A DNA stretch of 63,491 bases, filler included, from Octopus bimaculoides (taxonomy: Eukaryota), in NCBI RefSeq assembly GCF_001194135.2. It is 5 parts of 5 records of this genome, joined end to end, with 100 filler letters (N's around TTAATTAATTAA, not from the genome) between each part and the next. Parts side by side here need not be neighbours in the genome. Positions count along the whole stretch, not along the records: positions 1 to 20,610 come from NC_068985.1; 4 more parts are not named here. One strand, given 5' to 3'. The position numbers and the translations under genes were made by a program. The notes beneath the pieces were generated by a model that saw only the letters and a program-made list of their open reading frames with translations, made no database searches and had not been told where the DNA came from. This document shows, piece after piece, positions 1 to 13,703 of the stretch (position 1 is its first letter; each line of letters starts with the position of its first letter).

Positions 1-78
1 CTGTTACTGCTGTCAAAGCACATAAATTGTATACATACGTGCTCATAGCGATCGTGAATGACCGGGAAGTGGCTATCA

Positions 79-114
<36 letters not shown>

Positions 115-130
115 AATCTATCTATCTATC

Positions 131-340
131 TATCTTTTACTTGTTTCTGTCATTAGACTGCGGCTATGCTGTGGCACCGCCTTGAAAAGCTTTTAGTCGA
201 ATGAATCAACGCCAGTACTTCAATTTTTTAGCCTGATACTTTTGTTTTCTTCCCCCTTTTCCTAAACCGCTATAGGCTACGTGGACGAAAACACACTAAC
301 GTCGGCTGTCAAGCGGTGATAGGGGAAGACACAGACAGAA
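131..340 (-). mobile_element. SINE-A 3' half (other partial copies at 2831-2988, 19335-19452, 25780-25945, 27885-28032, 42425-42590, 45082-45243, 49955-50100, 51084-51258, 56198-56400)
   Basis: Shared tail or head motifs matched by eye. Confidence 0.75.
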
Positions 341-561
341 AGATACACACACGCACATTCACACACACACATTCACACACACATGCACACACTTTTTTGC
401 CAATTAAACGTACGCACTATATAGCTGTTCCTCAGTCGTTTATTACCGTTCGAATTTTAACACGTCCATTGTCTGGAAATTTTTGGTCACACATCTGTGA
501 CCACTTTAGCGACACTTTCTTCCTCGTGTGTGCTCCTGCTCCGTTTAATCAATTCATAAAC

Positions 562-609
<48 letters not shown>

Positions 610-1110
610 ATATTTACATATACACAGAGAGATTTTGAAGTGATGTACAGATATTTTATATTTAGAATAATAAGGTAGTCAGAATGTTGAATGATTATAT
701 ATATATATATATGTTTTTATTTATATATATCTGATTAACATTTTCAGCGCTGCCTTCCGTTAACGGATTTATCAAAAAATGATTCAAATTTAGATTTCTT
801 AGCCATTTTATAAAGAATTTTCTGGTGTTTGTTGAGCAAGGGAGAAGAAAGAAGAAAAACATATTTTGAGAAGGAGATGCTTGACTTTACCTCCATATTC
901 TTGTACTTGGTAGCTTTTAAGCTGGAGGACGAAAACGAAGAGAAAGGAAAAAGAATATTTGTATTTGAATTGGTCAAGGTTTTAATTGAAAAACCAGATG
1001 TTGATTTTGACTTCCTTCAGTAAAAATTATAATTGCATTCCCAGGACTTGCTCTTTTGTGTTCATTCAAAAATTTCTTTGGAAATATCTCAGCTCCACAC
1101 TCAACTGACT

Positions 1111-1174
<64 letters not shown>

Positions 1175-1200
1175 ATACGACGGGCTTCTTTGAGTTTCCC

Positions 1201-1418
1201 ATTTCTTTATTGCCCACAAGGGGCTAAACATAGAGGGGACAAGCAAGGACAGACAAAGGGATTAAGTCGATTACATCGACCCAGTGCGTAACTGGTACTT
1301 AATTTATCGACCCTGGAAGGATGAAAGGCAAAGTCAACCTCGGCGGAATTTGAACTCAGAACGTAACGACAGACGAAATACCGCTAAGCATTTCACCCGG
1401 CGTGCTAACGTTTCTGCC
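1201..1418 (-). mobile_element. SINE-B, tail type 1, inserted in a SINE-A head fragment
   Basis: Follows CGACGGGCTTCTTTGAGTTTCCC (SINE-A) directly. Confidence 0.88.
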
Positions 1419-2321
1419 NNNNNNNNNNNNNNNNNNNNNNNNNNNNNNNNNNNNNNNNNNNNNNNNNNNNNNNNNNNNNNNNNNNNNNNNNNNNNNNNNN
1501 NNNNNNNNNNNNNNNNNNNNNNNNNNNNNNNNNNNNNNNNNNNNNNNNNNNNNNNNNNNNNNNNNNNNNNNNNNNNNNNNNNNNNNNNNNNNNNNNNNNN
1601 NNNNNNNNNNNNNNNNNNNNNNNNNNNNNNNNNNNNNNNNNNNNNNNNNNNNNNNNNNNNNNNNNNNNNNNNNNNNNNNNNNNNNNNNNNNNNNNNNNNN
1701 NNNNNNNNNNNNNNNNNNNNNNNNNNNNNNNNNNNNNNNNNNNNNNNNNNNNNNNNNNNNNNNNNNNNNNNNNNNNNNNNNNNNNNNNNNNNNNNNNNNN
1801 NNNNNNNNNNNNNNNNNNNNNNNNNNNNNNNNNNNNNNNNNNNNNNNNNNNNNNNNNNNNNNNNNNNNNNNNNNNNNNNNNNNNNNNNNNNNNNNNNNNN
1901 NNNNNNNNNNNNNNNNNNNNNNNNNNNNNNNNNNNNNNNNNNNNNNNNNNNNNNNNNNNNNNNNNNNNNNNNNNNNNNNNNNNNNNNNNNNNNNNNNNNN
2001 NNNNNNNNNNNNNNNNNNNNNNNNNNNNNNNNNNNNNNNNNNNNNNNNNNNNNNNNNNNNNNNNNNNNNNNNNNNNNNNNNNNNNNNNNNNNNNNNNNNN
2101 NNNNNNNNNNNNNNNNNNNNNNNNNNNNNNNNNNNNNNNNNNNNNNNNNNATATATATATATATATACGTATATATACGAACAAAATGCAGCGAAAAAAC
2201 TATTAAGAATAACTGCTACCAAATATGAATGTATAAATGCCCTCGGGCAAGCTGCGCGGAGCGAGTATACTCGCTCATTCAAGTATCCGCGAAAATGTGA
2301 GCATACGCACATATATATAGC

Positions 2322-2352
<31 letters not shown>

Positions 2353-3104
2353 GGAGAGAGTGAGGGAGAGAGAGTGAGAGATTTATACAATTATACATTC
2401 ATATGCGTGTGTGTCGAAAATACTTATTTCTTCCATTTCGTGGGCAGCAGAGTTTTATCTTTATACTTGTGACAAATCAACGTATGGTCCTTCGTCAGCA
2501 TACTAATACACCCATACGAATGTATATTATATAGTCTGAAGATCTCATGATAAACTTTAAATAGCTCGGCAATTTTATCGTAAAAATTTTAAATCAATTA
2601 TCTTTAAATATTAATCTGTTTCATAATCCATTTGAAAGTTAATCGTCTCTCAGTTGTAGAAGTATAACTGCCAAACGAAATTTAAGATTATATCAAAAGG
2701 CAAATGGGATCGCACACAAGTTTATAATAAATAAATATCCTTTTAATTTGGCGAAATTATTTTTGTGTAAGATTCAATTTAATTGGTTTGATAGATTTCA
2801 ACATAATGGAATAAGGCAAACTTAAGCATAGGCGCAGGGGTGGCTGTAGGAAAAGAAGTTTGCTTCGCAATCACATGGTTCCTGGTTCAGTCCCACAGTG
2901 AAGCAACTAGAGCAAATCTTCTACTATAGCTTCATGCCGACTAGAGCAGTATGAGTGGACCAGATCGGGGAAAACTGAAAGAATCCCCAGGAAAACATCT
3001 TTTTCCAGTTGGCTGTCGACACATAGTTTGTGTCTATATAGCATTTGCAAGGGAGGACAGAGCTCCCATCTTTAACTTTACATGATACTCACAGACCTAG
3101 GTTC

Positions 3105-4192
3105 CTGGATGTTATCCCTCCTCAGTTTGAGACAACCACAAGCTAGCGATAAGCTATAGATATACACGTACATTAATGTATGTATAACCATAGTCTCTCT
3201 TCACGTAGATGTATTCACGCTTAGGCTTATTTGTGCATATAAATATGTATATCCATACGCATACACAGGAGCGGCTGTGTGGTAAGTAGCTTGCTTACCA
3301 ACCACATGGGTCCGGGTTCAGTCCCAGTCCGTGGCACCTTGGGGAAGTGTCTTTTACTATAGCCTCGGGCCGACCAAAGCCTTGTGAGTGGATTTGGTAG
3401 ACGGAAACTGAAAGAAACCCGTCGTATATATGTATATGTATATATACATATATATGTGCGTTTGTGTGTCTTTGTCCCCCCAACATCGCTTGACAAACGA
3501 TGCTGGTGTGTTTACGTCATCGTAAACTAGCGGTTCGGCAAAATTGACCGATGGAATAAGTACTAGGCTTACAATGAATAAGTCGTTGGGTCGATTTGCT
3601 CGACTAAAGGCGGTGTAAAACCATGACCGCAGTCAAATGTCTGAAAGAAGTAACAGAGTATACACGCGTATGNNNNNNNNNNNNNNNNNNNNNNNNNNNN
3701 NNNNNNNGTGCGTGTGTGTATCTATGTGAGAAGAAGACTATGGGCGTACATATATTAATGTGTGTGTATATCTATAGCTTATCACTAGATTGTGGTTGTC
3801 TCACACTGAGAACGGATGCACCATGTGTATGTGAGCCGCTAATAGATTCACACTATGACATACAGAGAAGAGGGCCTTGTAGTAGATCNNNNNNNNNNTA
3901 GCGGTTCGGCAAAATTGACCGATGGAATAAGTACTAGGCTTACAATGAATAAGTCGTTGGGTCGATTTGCTCGACTAAAGGCGGTGTAAAACCATGACCG
4001 CAGTCAAATGTCTGAAAGAAGTAACAGAGTATACACGCGTATGTCTAAGCGGGTATACATGAGCGCACAAGCAAGTGCGTGTGTGTATCTATGTGAGAAG
4101 AAGACTATGGGCGTACATATATTAATGTGTGTGTATATCTATAGCTTATCACTAGATTGTGGTTGTCTCACACTGAGAACGGATAACATACA
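3105..4192. repeat. Old foldback (inverted repeat) element with a SINE-A in its spacer
   Basis: 3105-3225 is the reverse complement (about 85% by eye) of 3720-3817 and of 4090-4192 (CTATAGCTTATCACTAGATTGTGGTTGTCTCACACTGAG). Confidence 0.7.
3264..3660 (+). mobile_element. SINE-A, near full length
   Basis: Near-identical to 23917-24321. Confidence 0.9.
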
Positions 4193-6134
4193 CACATACC
4201 CACACACACATATATATATATGTATATATATCCACACATACCCACACACACATATATATATATATATATATCCACACATATACTCATACACATCCATACT
4301 TAGATACACGTATACATATAATATAATGAATTCTAACAGATATACATACATNNNNNNNNNNNNNNNNNNNNNNNNNNNNNNNNNNNNNNNNNNNNNNNNN
4401 NNNNNNNNNNNNNNNNNNNNNNNNNNNNNNNNNNNNNNNNNNNNNNNNNNNNNNNNNNNNNNNNNNNNNNNNNNNNNNNNNNNNNNNNNNNNNNNNNNNN
4501 NNNNNNNNNNNNNNNNNNNNNNNNNNNNNNNNNNNNNNNNNNNNNNNNNNNNNNNNNNNNNNNNNNNNNNNNNNNNNNNNNNNNNNNNNNNNNNNNNNNN
4601 NNNNNNNNNNNNNNNNNNNNNNNNNNNNNNNNNNNNNNNNNNNNNNNNNNNNNNNNNNNNNNNNNNNNNNNNNNNNNNNNNNNNNNNNNNNNNNNNNNNN
4701 NNNNNNNNNNNNNNNNNNNNNNNNNNNNNNNNNNNNNNNNNNNNNNNNNNNNNNNNNNNNNNNNNNNNNNNNNNNNNNNNNNNNNNNNNNNNNNNNNNNN
4801 NNNNNNNNNNNNNNNNNNNNNNNNNNNNNNNNNNNNNNNNNNNNNNNNNNNNNNNNNNNNNNNNNNNNNNNNNNNNNNNNNNNNNNNNNNNNNNNNNNNN
4901 NNNNNNNNNNNNNNNNNNNNNNNNNNNNNNNNNNNNNNNNNNNNNNNNNNNNNNNNNNNNNNNNNNNNNNNTGTATGTGTGAGTATCCGTGTTGGTATGC
5001 GTGTATGTATTCGGCAACTGAATACTAATGGTCAGCTTCAGAAATAAATACGTGCAGCCAACCATGAAGCGCAGATCAGAGATGCAGCCAAATAGAACAG
5101 CAATTAAATGCCAGCCAGCACCATCCACTACCATACATAGAAGCCTGGCAAACGCCCTCTTACGGCATGCACCATGTGTATGTGAGCCACTAATAGATTC
5201 ACACTATGACATACAGAGAAGAGGGCCTTGTAGTAGATCTGAAACTAAGGAGACAACACTGGTATATCGCCTGAGGAAACACAGCTAGATCTCATTTTGC
5301 AAACAAACAGCTGCATAATGAATCGTCTGTATTCTTTGAGAAGTACGTGGCGTCGAAACAATTGCAGCGAATAATAAACAAAGGTCCAACCTTACACGTT
5401 CTTCCTGCCTTCAATTTCTTCAATTTTGTATTCGCACACGATGAATGCACAAATTTAATCTTGGAAGTATATAATAAAAGCTACCGATAGTACTGGGTAA
5501 TTTTGAAGGTGGACGAGCCTTACACTATGTTACCACGTTTCTAACGGAATAAATCATATCATATACATACATATATATATATATGCGTGTTTGTGTGTGT
5601 GTGTTTGTGTGTGTGAGTGAGTGTGTCTATGTATATATGTATCTTGTAAAAAGGATCGAGGGTAAGGCCAAAACAATGCGAAGTAAATGCAAGGAAAATC
5701 ACAATATCACAAATATGTGAATTTTATGTAGACTTATCTTGTATTCAGTATTTCGGGATTATGAACCCATTTTCAAGAAATTGACGAATGCTGCGTTACC
5801 CACGATCCTTCATACAATATATTCTACACAGTGCTTCATAGTAATTATTCCATTATAAAGTAATGCATGTATATATATAGGTTATTCTTAAATAACTTGT
5901 TAGTTTTAAATAACTTGCCAGCGTTCCCTTCATCATATACGCGGTAATCACATTCGGTTAAAATAGCTTATTGTTGTGTTTTGTTTCTCTTTTTTCAACG
6001 ACGAGATGATTACATTGTTTTACATCATTTTATTCCCACAGGAATAATACCAATGTTTTCATCGAAACACATATCGGAAGTATAAAGATTTGAATAACAC
6101 CTGCGTTTAACTCTATTTCTTACTCTATTTCTTA

Positions 6135-6207
<73 letters not shown>

Positions 6208-6739
6208 NNNNNNNNNNNNNNNNNNNNNNNNNNNNNNNNNNNNNNNNNNNNNNNNNNNNNNNNNNNNNNNNNNNNNNNNNNNNNNNNNNNNNNNNNNNNN
6301 NNNNNNNNNNNNNNNNNNNNNNNNNNNNNNNNNNNNNNNNNNNNNNNNNNNNNNNNNNNNNNNNNNNNNNNNNNNNNNNNNNNNNNNNNNNNNNNNNNNN
6401 NNNNNNNNNNNNNNNNNNNNNNNNNNNNNNNNNNNNNNNNNNNNNNNNNNNNNNNNNNNNNNNNNNNNNNNNNNNNNNNNNNNNNNNNNNNNNNNNNNNN
6501 NNNNNNNNNNNNNNNNNNNNNNNNNNNNNNNNNNNNNNNNNNNNNNNNNNNNNNNNNNNNNNNNNNNNNNNNNNNNNNNNNNNNNNNNNNNNNNNNNNNN
6601 NNNNNNNNNNNNNNNNNNNNNNNNNNNNNNNNNNNNNNNNNNNNNNNNNNNNNNNNNNNNNNNNNNNNNNNNNNNNNNNNNNNNNNNNNNNNNNNNNNNN
6701 NNNNNNNNNNNNTATATATATATATATATATATATTCAT

Positions 6740-7077
6740 TTTATCTAATTTCAGCTCATGAGCTGTGGCCATGCTGGGGCACCGCCATTTAGTGTTGCTA
6801 CACAATTTTACTTCACGAATTTTACTTCATGAATTGACATTTGGTGCACGAGAGAGTTTGATGCAGCTGCTCTCATCTGCACCTCCTGCCGTGAAGTTGG
6901 TTCATCTAGGACACCTGACAGGAAGAGGTCAAGCCTCATCTTGAAGACACCTACATCCACCGCATGCAGGTCTCTCAGGTCCTTCGGGAGGATATTGATG
7001 AGCTGTTGACCTCTGAAGACCAGGCTATTGCAGTATCTTGTCCTACATCTTGGTGGCAAATTTGGAGTCCTTGGCAC
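6740..7077 (-). mobile_element. CR1/L2-group LINE 3' fragment: C-terminus of ORF2 plus 3' UTR tail
   Basis: Peptide NSLVFRGQQLINILPKDLRDL...FKMRLDLFLSGVLDEP...RAAASNSLVHQ is the typical CR1-type post-RT C-terminus. Stop at 6808, then a tail with a CAGCTC-AT-GAGCTG hairpin. Confidence 0.85.
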
Positions 7078-7747
7078 TATTCAATGACGTCCAGTTCTTT
7101 TATTTGTGTAACTTTCGATAAATTATGAAATTATAAAAATAGCGTTTTGGTGTAGGAATATAATGTGGAAAATCCAAATCTGCTTTAACAGAACTTTTTA
7201 CTTTACTCAGCTGAGGTCATACACATACCACTATTGTTGAATGATATTAATTAACGCAATGTTGCTTATGATATATGTAACAATGAACAATGAACAATTG
7301 ATAATAATATATTAAGACTAATGTGATCTTTAATGAATTATGTCCTCTTATAAATGATGTTGGTGTAAATTCTACAGATATTTACAGATTTCTACATGTA
7401 AATTTAAGTTTAGATACTAGATCCTATAATATTAATAAAAATATTCCTCAAATATAGAAACATTTTCGTGTGACGTTCATTTGTTGTTTAATAATTTTTA
7501 CATGACATGATAATATCAAACTCAGAAACATAATTTATAAACATGCAAATTAATAGGAGCGATAAGATCCATGATAATAACGAAACATATTTAAAAACCA
7601 TTCGATTGACAGAATCATTTGAGAATCCGCCAAATCTCTGGATATAGTTCTTTGAGCACTGAATTCAAGACCGCATAATGCAGATTTTCTTTCTTTCTCC
7701 GAGTCTAACTTTTAAGAAATTTAAAAATTCATTCCTTGATTCCTTTT

Positions 7748-7795
<48 letters not shown>

Positions 7796-8673
7796 GCTGT
7801 TATAGACTCAGGGCTTGCTGTGTTAAAGGTGTACTAGGGACCACTCAGGCTAGCTATCATTCTTCAAAGAAATGGATGAATTTGGGGTGAAATTTTAGAC
7901 ATTCGCAGTTAGAATGTCGCAAAGTTTGCGCAGAAAATATAAAAAATGGCGAGCGTGGGCAAACCTATGACATCTGCAGTACGAAACATTTAGGAAAAAT
8001 AAAAAAAAAGAACATCCAGCTTCAAGTAAATATATATGACATTTATAGACCTCCCTTGGCATTGTGGAATGTTTGTAACGAAACAGTATGCCGAAACATA
8101 TAACACTTTTGAACTTTCATCACCATTTATTCATAACAAGATACGAAATGTATAGAAAAGGTCAAAAATTTTTAAATAAGAATTATTTTAGGTATTATCT
8201 TTTAAAATAAGAACAAAAATCTATATGAAGATTGCATTATTATCTAAAATATAAAATTTAATCAATTAAAAGCAATAAGTGAATATATTCTTTCTGAAAT
8301 ATAGCAAACAATATTTTTGTGTCAGATTAATTTAGAGTTCTCCATAAGTTTGTGCATAACATAAGTAAGTGAAAGTTGTAGCCATGTATACAGGAATGTA
8401 GAAAAATGTAAAACAAAAGAATACGCATATACTTACATACGTATGTACACACATACATGCATGTACGCACACATACATACATACATACATACGTAAATAC
8501 AGACATATATGTGTGTATTGGAGTGGTGTATTGAAATATTTGTCGCAATTATATATTCTTGACAAAGAATAACAATAAATTAAACACTTAATGTGGCTAT
8601 TATGATATTAATTGAAATAAATTCTTACCGTATTCAGCGAGGAAATTTTTGTATAAAATTCATTAACATTTCT

Positions 8674-8716
<43 letters not shown>

Positions 8717-9599
8717 NNNNNNNNNNNNNNNNNNNNNNNNNNNNNNNNNNNNNNNNNNNNNNNNNNNNNNNNNNNNNNNNNNNNNNNNNNNNNNNNNNNN
8801 NNNNNNNNNNNNNNNNNNNNNNNNNNNNNNNNNNNNNNNNNNNNNNNNNNNNNNNNNNNNNNNNNNNNNNNNNNNNNNNNNNNNNNNNNNNNNNNNNNNN
8901 NNNNNNNNNNNNNNNNNNNNNNNNNNNNNNNNNNNNNNNNNNNNNNNNNNNNNNNNNNNNNNNNNNNNNNNNNNNNNNNNNNNNNNNNNNNNNNNNNNNN
9001 NNNNNNNNNNNNNNNNNNNNNNNNNNNNNNNNNNNNNNNNNNNNNNNNNNNNNNNNNNNNNNNNNNNNNNNNNNNNNNNNNNNNNNNNNNNNNNNNNNNN
9101 NNNNNNNNNNNNNNNNNNNNNNNNNNNNNNNNNNNNNNNNNNNNNNNNNNNNNNNNNNNNNNNNNNNNNNNNNNNNNNNNNNNNNNNNNNNNNNNNNNNN
9201 NNNNNNNNNNNNNNNNNNNNNNNNNNNNNNNNNNNNNNNNNNNNNNNNNNNNNNNNNNNNNNNNNNNNNNNNNNNNNNNNNNNNNNNNNNNNNNNNNNNN
9301 NNNNNNNNNNNNNCAAACATTTGATTTCACTTTAAATTGTGAATATTCTAGAATTATTGATGAAAACTTAGCATTTTATTCAAGGGTACTTAAAGTTTAA
9401 TACTTTTCAGGCTTAATAACAGAATTGTAAACATTGTAATCTCTTTTAAGGGAATTTACCTTACCAAAACAGCAACGAACTCATGATTATCTGTGAAAGC
9501 ATTGATAAAAAAGTTGTAAATATCACACAGTCGATTTTCACATATAAGTGTGCATGTATGTATATATGTATGTATGTATGTAATGTATCTATCGATCTT

Positions 9600-9672
<73 letters not shown>

Positions 9673-9850
9673 ATACATACATACATACATACAAATATAG
9701 GCACATATAAACACATATACGTGTGTAGGTAAAATCCACATTACATGCGTCTATACATGTACATAGAGAGAGTTTTACACAAATCACACGAACACATTTC
9801 GCCACATTAGATTTTCAATCTAAAACTTTTAAATGCATATATATATATAT

Positions 9851-9982
9851 CATCATCATCATCATCATCGTTTAACGTCCGCTTTCCATGCTAGCATGGG
9901 TTGGACGATTTGACTGAGGACTGGTGAAACCGGATGGCAACACCAGGCTCCAGTCTGATTTGGCAGAGTTTCTACAGCTGGA
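9851..9982 (-). mobile_element. 3' end of an RTE-tailed SINE/LINE ending in (GAT)n (related pieces at 28700-28800, 32412-32451, 45560-45710)
   Basis: GGAAGGGCATCCAGCTGTAGAAA...CCATGCTAGCATGGAAAGCGGACGTTAAACGATGATG on the minus strand, recurring. Confidence 0.7.
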
Positions 9983-10518
9983 TGCCCTTCCTAACGCCAA
10001 CCNNNNNNNNNNNNNNNNNNNNNNNNNNNNNNNNNNNNNNNNNNNNNNNNNNNNNNNNNNNNNNNNNNNNNNNNNNNNNNNNNNNNNNNNNNNNNNNNNN
10101 NNNNNNNNNNNNNNNNNNNNNNNNNNNNNNNNNNNNNNNNNNNNNNNNNNNNNNNNNNNNNNNNNNNNNNNNNNNNNNNNNNNNNNNNNNNNNNNNNNNN
10201 NNNNNNNNNNNNNNNNNNNNNNNNNNNNNNNNNNNNNNNNNNNNNNNNNNNNNNNNNNNNNNNNNNNNNNNNNNNNNNNNNNNNNNNNNNNNNNNNNNNN
10301 NNNNNNNNNNNNNNNNNNNNNNNNNNNNNNNNNNNNNNNNNNNNNNNNNNNNNNNNNNNNNNNNNNNNNNNNNNNNNNNNNNNNNNNNNNNNNNNNNNNN
10401 NNNNNNNNNNNNNNNNNNNNNNNNNNNNNNNNNNNNNNNNNNNNNNNNNNNNNNNNNNNNNNNNNNNNNNNNNNNNNNNNNNNNNNNNNNNNNNNNNNNN
10501 NNNNNNNNNNNNNNNNNN

Positions 10519-10587
<69 letters not shown>

Positions 10588-11299
10588 GTGTGGTTGTTTA
10601 AATATTTATGTATATATGTGTGTATATATATGTATATATCTTATTTATTGAAATACCTACACATACATACACGCACTTATATAAGCTAATAAATTAGAGC
10701 CAGTACAAACGGTATTACGGTGGTATTGGGACCGGTTTGTTGCAAGCTTTATGAGAAAATTCTCATAAAATATTGATATAAAATGTATTATCTGAAACGT
10801 CTGCCCTGATGATAATGTATGTATGTATGTATGTATGTATGTATGTATATAGTTCTATGTATTATTCATTCAGCCTGTTTGGATTGTCTGAGGAGATCGT
10901 AATAATCTTAGTGGCGTTTCAACAAGCGAAGAATGCAACTCTTCTTGAAGATCTTACAGTTCGCTGATACTAAATGTCGATATATATATATACATATATA
11001 GAATCCATCTATGTGTGGGCGTCCAGCCTTCCTTCATGCTCTCTTTCTTCATGTTCTCCTTCAGGCTCGAGATAATTTTAACTACCTTTACAGTATAGTT
11101 GTATTCTTGATTAACTTTGGTGTGTCCTATAATTTAGTTCTGAAAAACTCACCCTGTTTACCGCTGTATTCCACCTACACATCCATAACTTACTTGCTGC
11201 CGCATCCAATAGCACCTATTCTTATGCAGATTATACAACCCTTAATTCCTTCCTAATCTTCTACATGCAACCTATACTCCATATACCAAATCCATCCTA

Positions 11300-11990
11300 C
11301 AGTGGGTCTATGCCAATCTCATCACTTTTACCATCGAAAAATCTTAAGCACTACTCATATCTAGTAAACGGCATCGCACCACCTCTAAACATGAGCGAAA
11401 CGCAACTTGAATGTTCATAAGCCAGGCTCCCTAAAACCGAGAATCTTATAAAACCCTCATGTTCGGCATAGCCAAGACCGCATCTCAAAAGATCTACACC
11501 TTTACCTTTGGGCTAGAATATGTTGTAGTTCCCAACTGCTGCTGACAGTCAACGTGGCTTAAGTGAGTCCTGCAATGCATTGCTTCCCCCGTATTTAGTA
11601 CGGTGCTGGTGCTACACACATCGACATCCTGGATCAGAAATGTCATCAGATTGATTAAAGGATGCACTCCAATCTCTACTCCACAGGAGTGCTGTCTCTT
11701 GCTTCTGTCACCTGAATATCGATACAATAATGGGTTTTACTCTCTGGCGCTGACTGTCCTCGTACTTCAAACACTTATGAGCTCCGACTCACACGTTCCA
11801 CCACCTCTGGGCATCCTTGACGGGAAAGTTTTACTCTCTCTCTCTCTCTCTCTCCGCCCTATTCACCATCCCCAACCCTTCATCCCCATAACTCCGACCT
11901 TATGTAGCGTCCCATTTAACGTCTTTCATGCATGATTCCAACGAGAACAGTTTAAACATAGCATCAACATCCTCAGTCTCACTAATTCTG
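11300..11990 (+). mobile_element. Highly decayed L2/CR1-group LINE RT C-terminal half
   Basis: Frameshifted pieces IAKTASQKIY, GAGATHIDILD, RNVIRLIK, YRYNNGFYSLAL and QFKHSIN follow the order expected for L2/Crack/Daphne-like ORF2. Confidence 0.65.
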
Positions 11991-12110
11991 GAACTTCTTC
12001 CTGCATGAGCAATGAGCTCTGAGCTTCCTTCAAATGGAAAAACAAATATCTTGGAAGGAAAGTGGGAAATTCACACATCGGTTTTTACCTAAATTATATA
12101 TATAACCAAT

Positions 12111-12553
12111 ATTCTTTTCTACTCTAGGCACAAGGCCCGAAATTTTGGGGAAGGGGACCAATCGATTAGATCGACCCAAGTAAGCAACCGGTACTTAATT
12201 TATCGACCCTGAAATGATGAAAGGCAAAGTCGACCTGGGCGGAATTTGAACTCAAAACATAAAGACAAACGAAAAACCGCTAAACATTTTGTCCAGTGTG
12301 CTAATAATTCTGCTAGCTCGCCGCTTATTGTCTGTCTATAATAAACCCTTCTACTATAGGCACAGTGCCTGAAATTTGGGGAAAGAGGATAGTCAATTAC
12401 AGCGAACCAGTATTTGACTGGTACTTATTTTATCGACCCCGAAGGAAGAAAGGCTAAGTCGACCTCGGTGGAATTTGAACTCAGAACGTAGTGACGAGCG
12501 AAATACAGCTAAGCATTTCGTCCTGCGTGTTAACGATTCTGCCAGATCGCCGC
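12111..12553 (-). mobile_element. Two adjacent SINE-B copies, tail type 2
   Basis: Copies at 12111-12324 and 12348-12553; the second is flanked by TT(A)TTGTCTGTCTATAATAA duplicates. Confidence 0.88.
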
Positions 12554-13327
12554 TTTTGTCTGTCTATAATAATACTCCACCAACACTGTCAGTTGAAGAT
12601 CCAAGTGCTTATGAAGTTACAATTGCACAGAGATGAAAGTTCAGACCCATTTATGTTTGCGTCTGCATATTTTGTCTTTGATGATTTCATTTGTTCATCT
12701 TTGATATTGAAATAGTGACATTTTCAGCACTTCTATAAATACAGTTGAAGCGTGTGTGGCACTTGTGTTATCTATGAATTAACTTGTGTATTAAATCTGA
12801 GAAATTCGTTGTTATGTTTGAAAGAACATTTGAAGTAAAAAGGCAGTGGAAACCGATAGTTATCAAGTTTTTGCTTTATGCACATCAACGTGTGTTATTC
12901 GCATCTTATAGGTATTGTATTTCATTTTAAAATTCGCTTTGCGCCAAAGCAATGTTATAATATTATAATATTAATCGCGGTTGGACAACTCTTCGTCGAA
13001 CGAAATGTTAACGACCCGTCTACTAGAGATTCTGAATGTGTTACTTGATTAATTCTATGTAAATGTGCTTTAGAAGGCGTATTAAAATGTATGAACTTTT
13101 TATAGTGATTTCCTTACGGAAGATATTTTGCTGTAATGTACGTTTAAACTAATTGACATTGAATTAACAAACTTAATGCAAGTTAATGGGATTTTAAATC
13201 AAATTCTCTCAATGTTTTTATAAGCACTTTCTGAATTTATCTTTCGTAAAGGTTTATGAAAGCGTTCTGATGTAATAAAATAATCGGACGCCATTGCTTG
13301 TAGTTGTTTCTTATATCTTTCAACTTA

Positions 13328-13703
13328 TATCTTTTACTTGGTTCAGTGTTTAGACAGCGGCCATGCTGGGGCACCGCCTTGAAGAGTTTTTAGTCGAATG
13401 AATCGACCACAAAAGATTGTTTTTACGCCTGTCGGTATCTTTAACCGAACCGCTAATTTACAGGAGGAGGCGTAAACAAACCAGTATCGGTTGTCAAGCG
13501 GTGGTGGTAGACACACACACACACATACACACACACACACATCTATATATACGATTGGCTTCTTTCAGTTTCTGTCTATCAATCTATCAATTCCACCCGC
13601 AAGGCTTTGGTCTGTTCGAGGATACCCAAGGTTCCACGCAGTGGGGCTGAACACAGAACTATGGGCCTGGGAAGCAAACTTCTTACAACACAGCCACGCC
13701 TGT
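13328..13703 (-). mobile_element. SINE-A, diverged full length
   Basis: Reverse-complement match to head, (CA)n insert and tail. Confidence 0.85.

Noticed and set aside
748-1023. Purine-rich ORF LSKGEERRKTYFEKEMLDF... after a TTTTCAG acceptor
   Set aside because: In-frame TAA 22 codons after the acceptor, no convincing donor and no recognisable family.
3093-3160. Minus-strand CT|GTGAGT donor suggesting an exon
   Set aside because: The sequence upstream is the arm of the local inverted repeat, not coding.
5030-5300. 86-aa ORF MVSFRNKYVQ...
   Set aside because: No family match; other frames weakly resemble an RTE C-terminus, too degraded to call.
10872-10965. 30-codon frame LFGLSEEIVIILVAFQQAKNATLLEDLTVR after an acceptor
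   Set aside because: No donor, no recognisable homology, and short enough to be chance.
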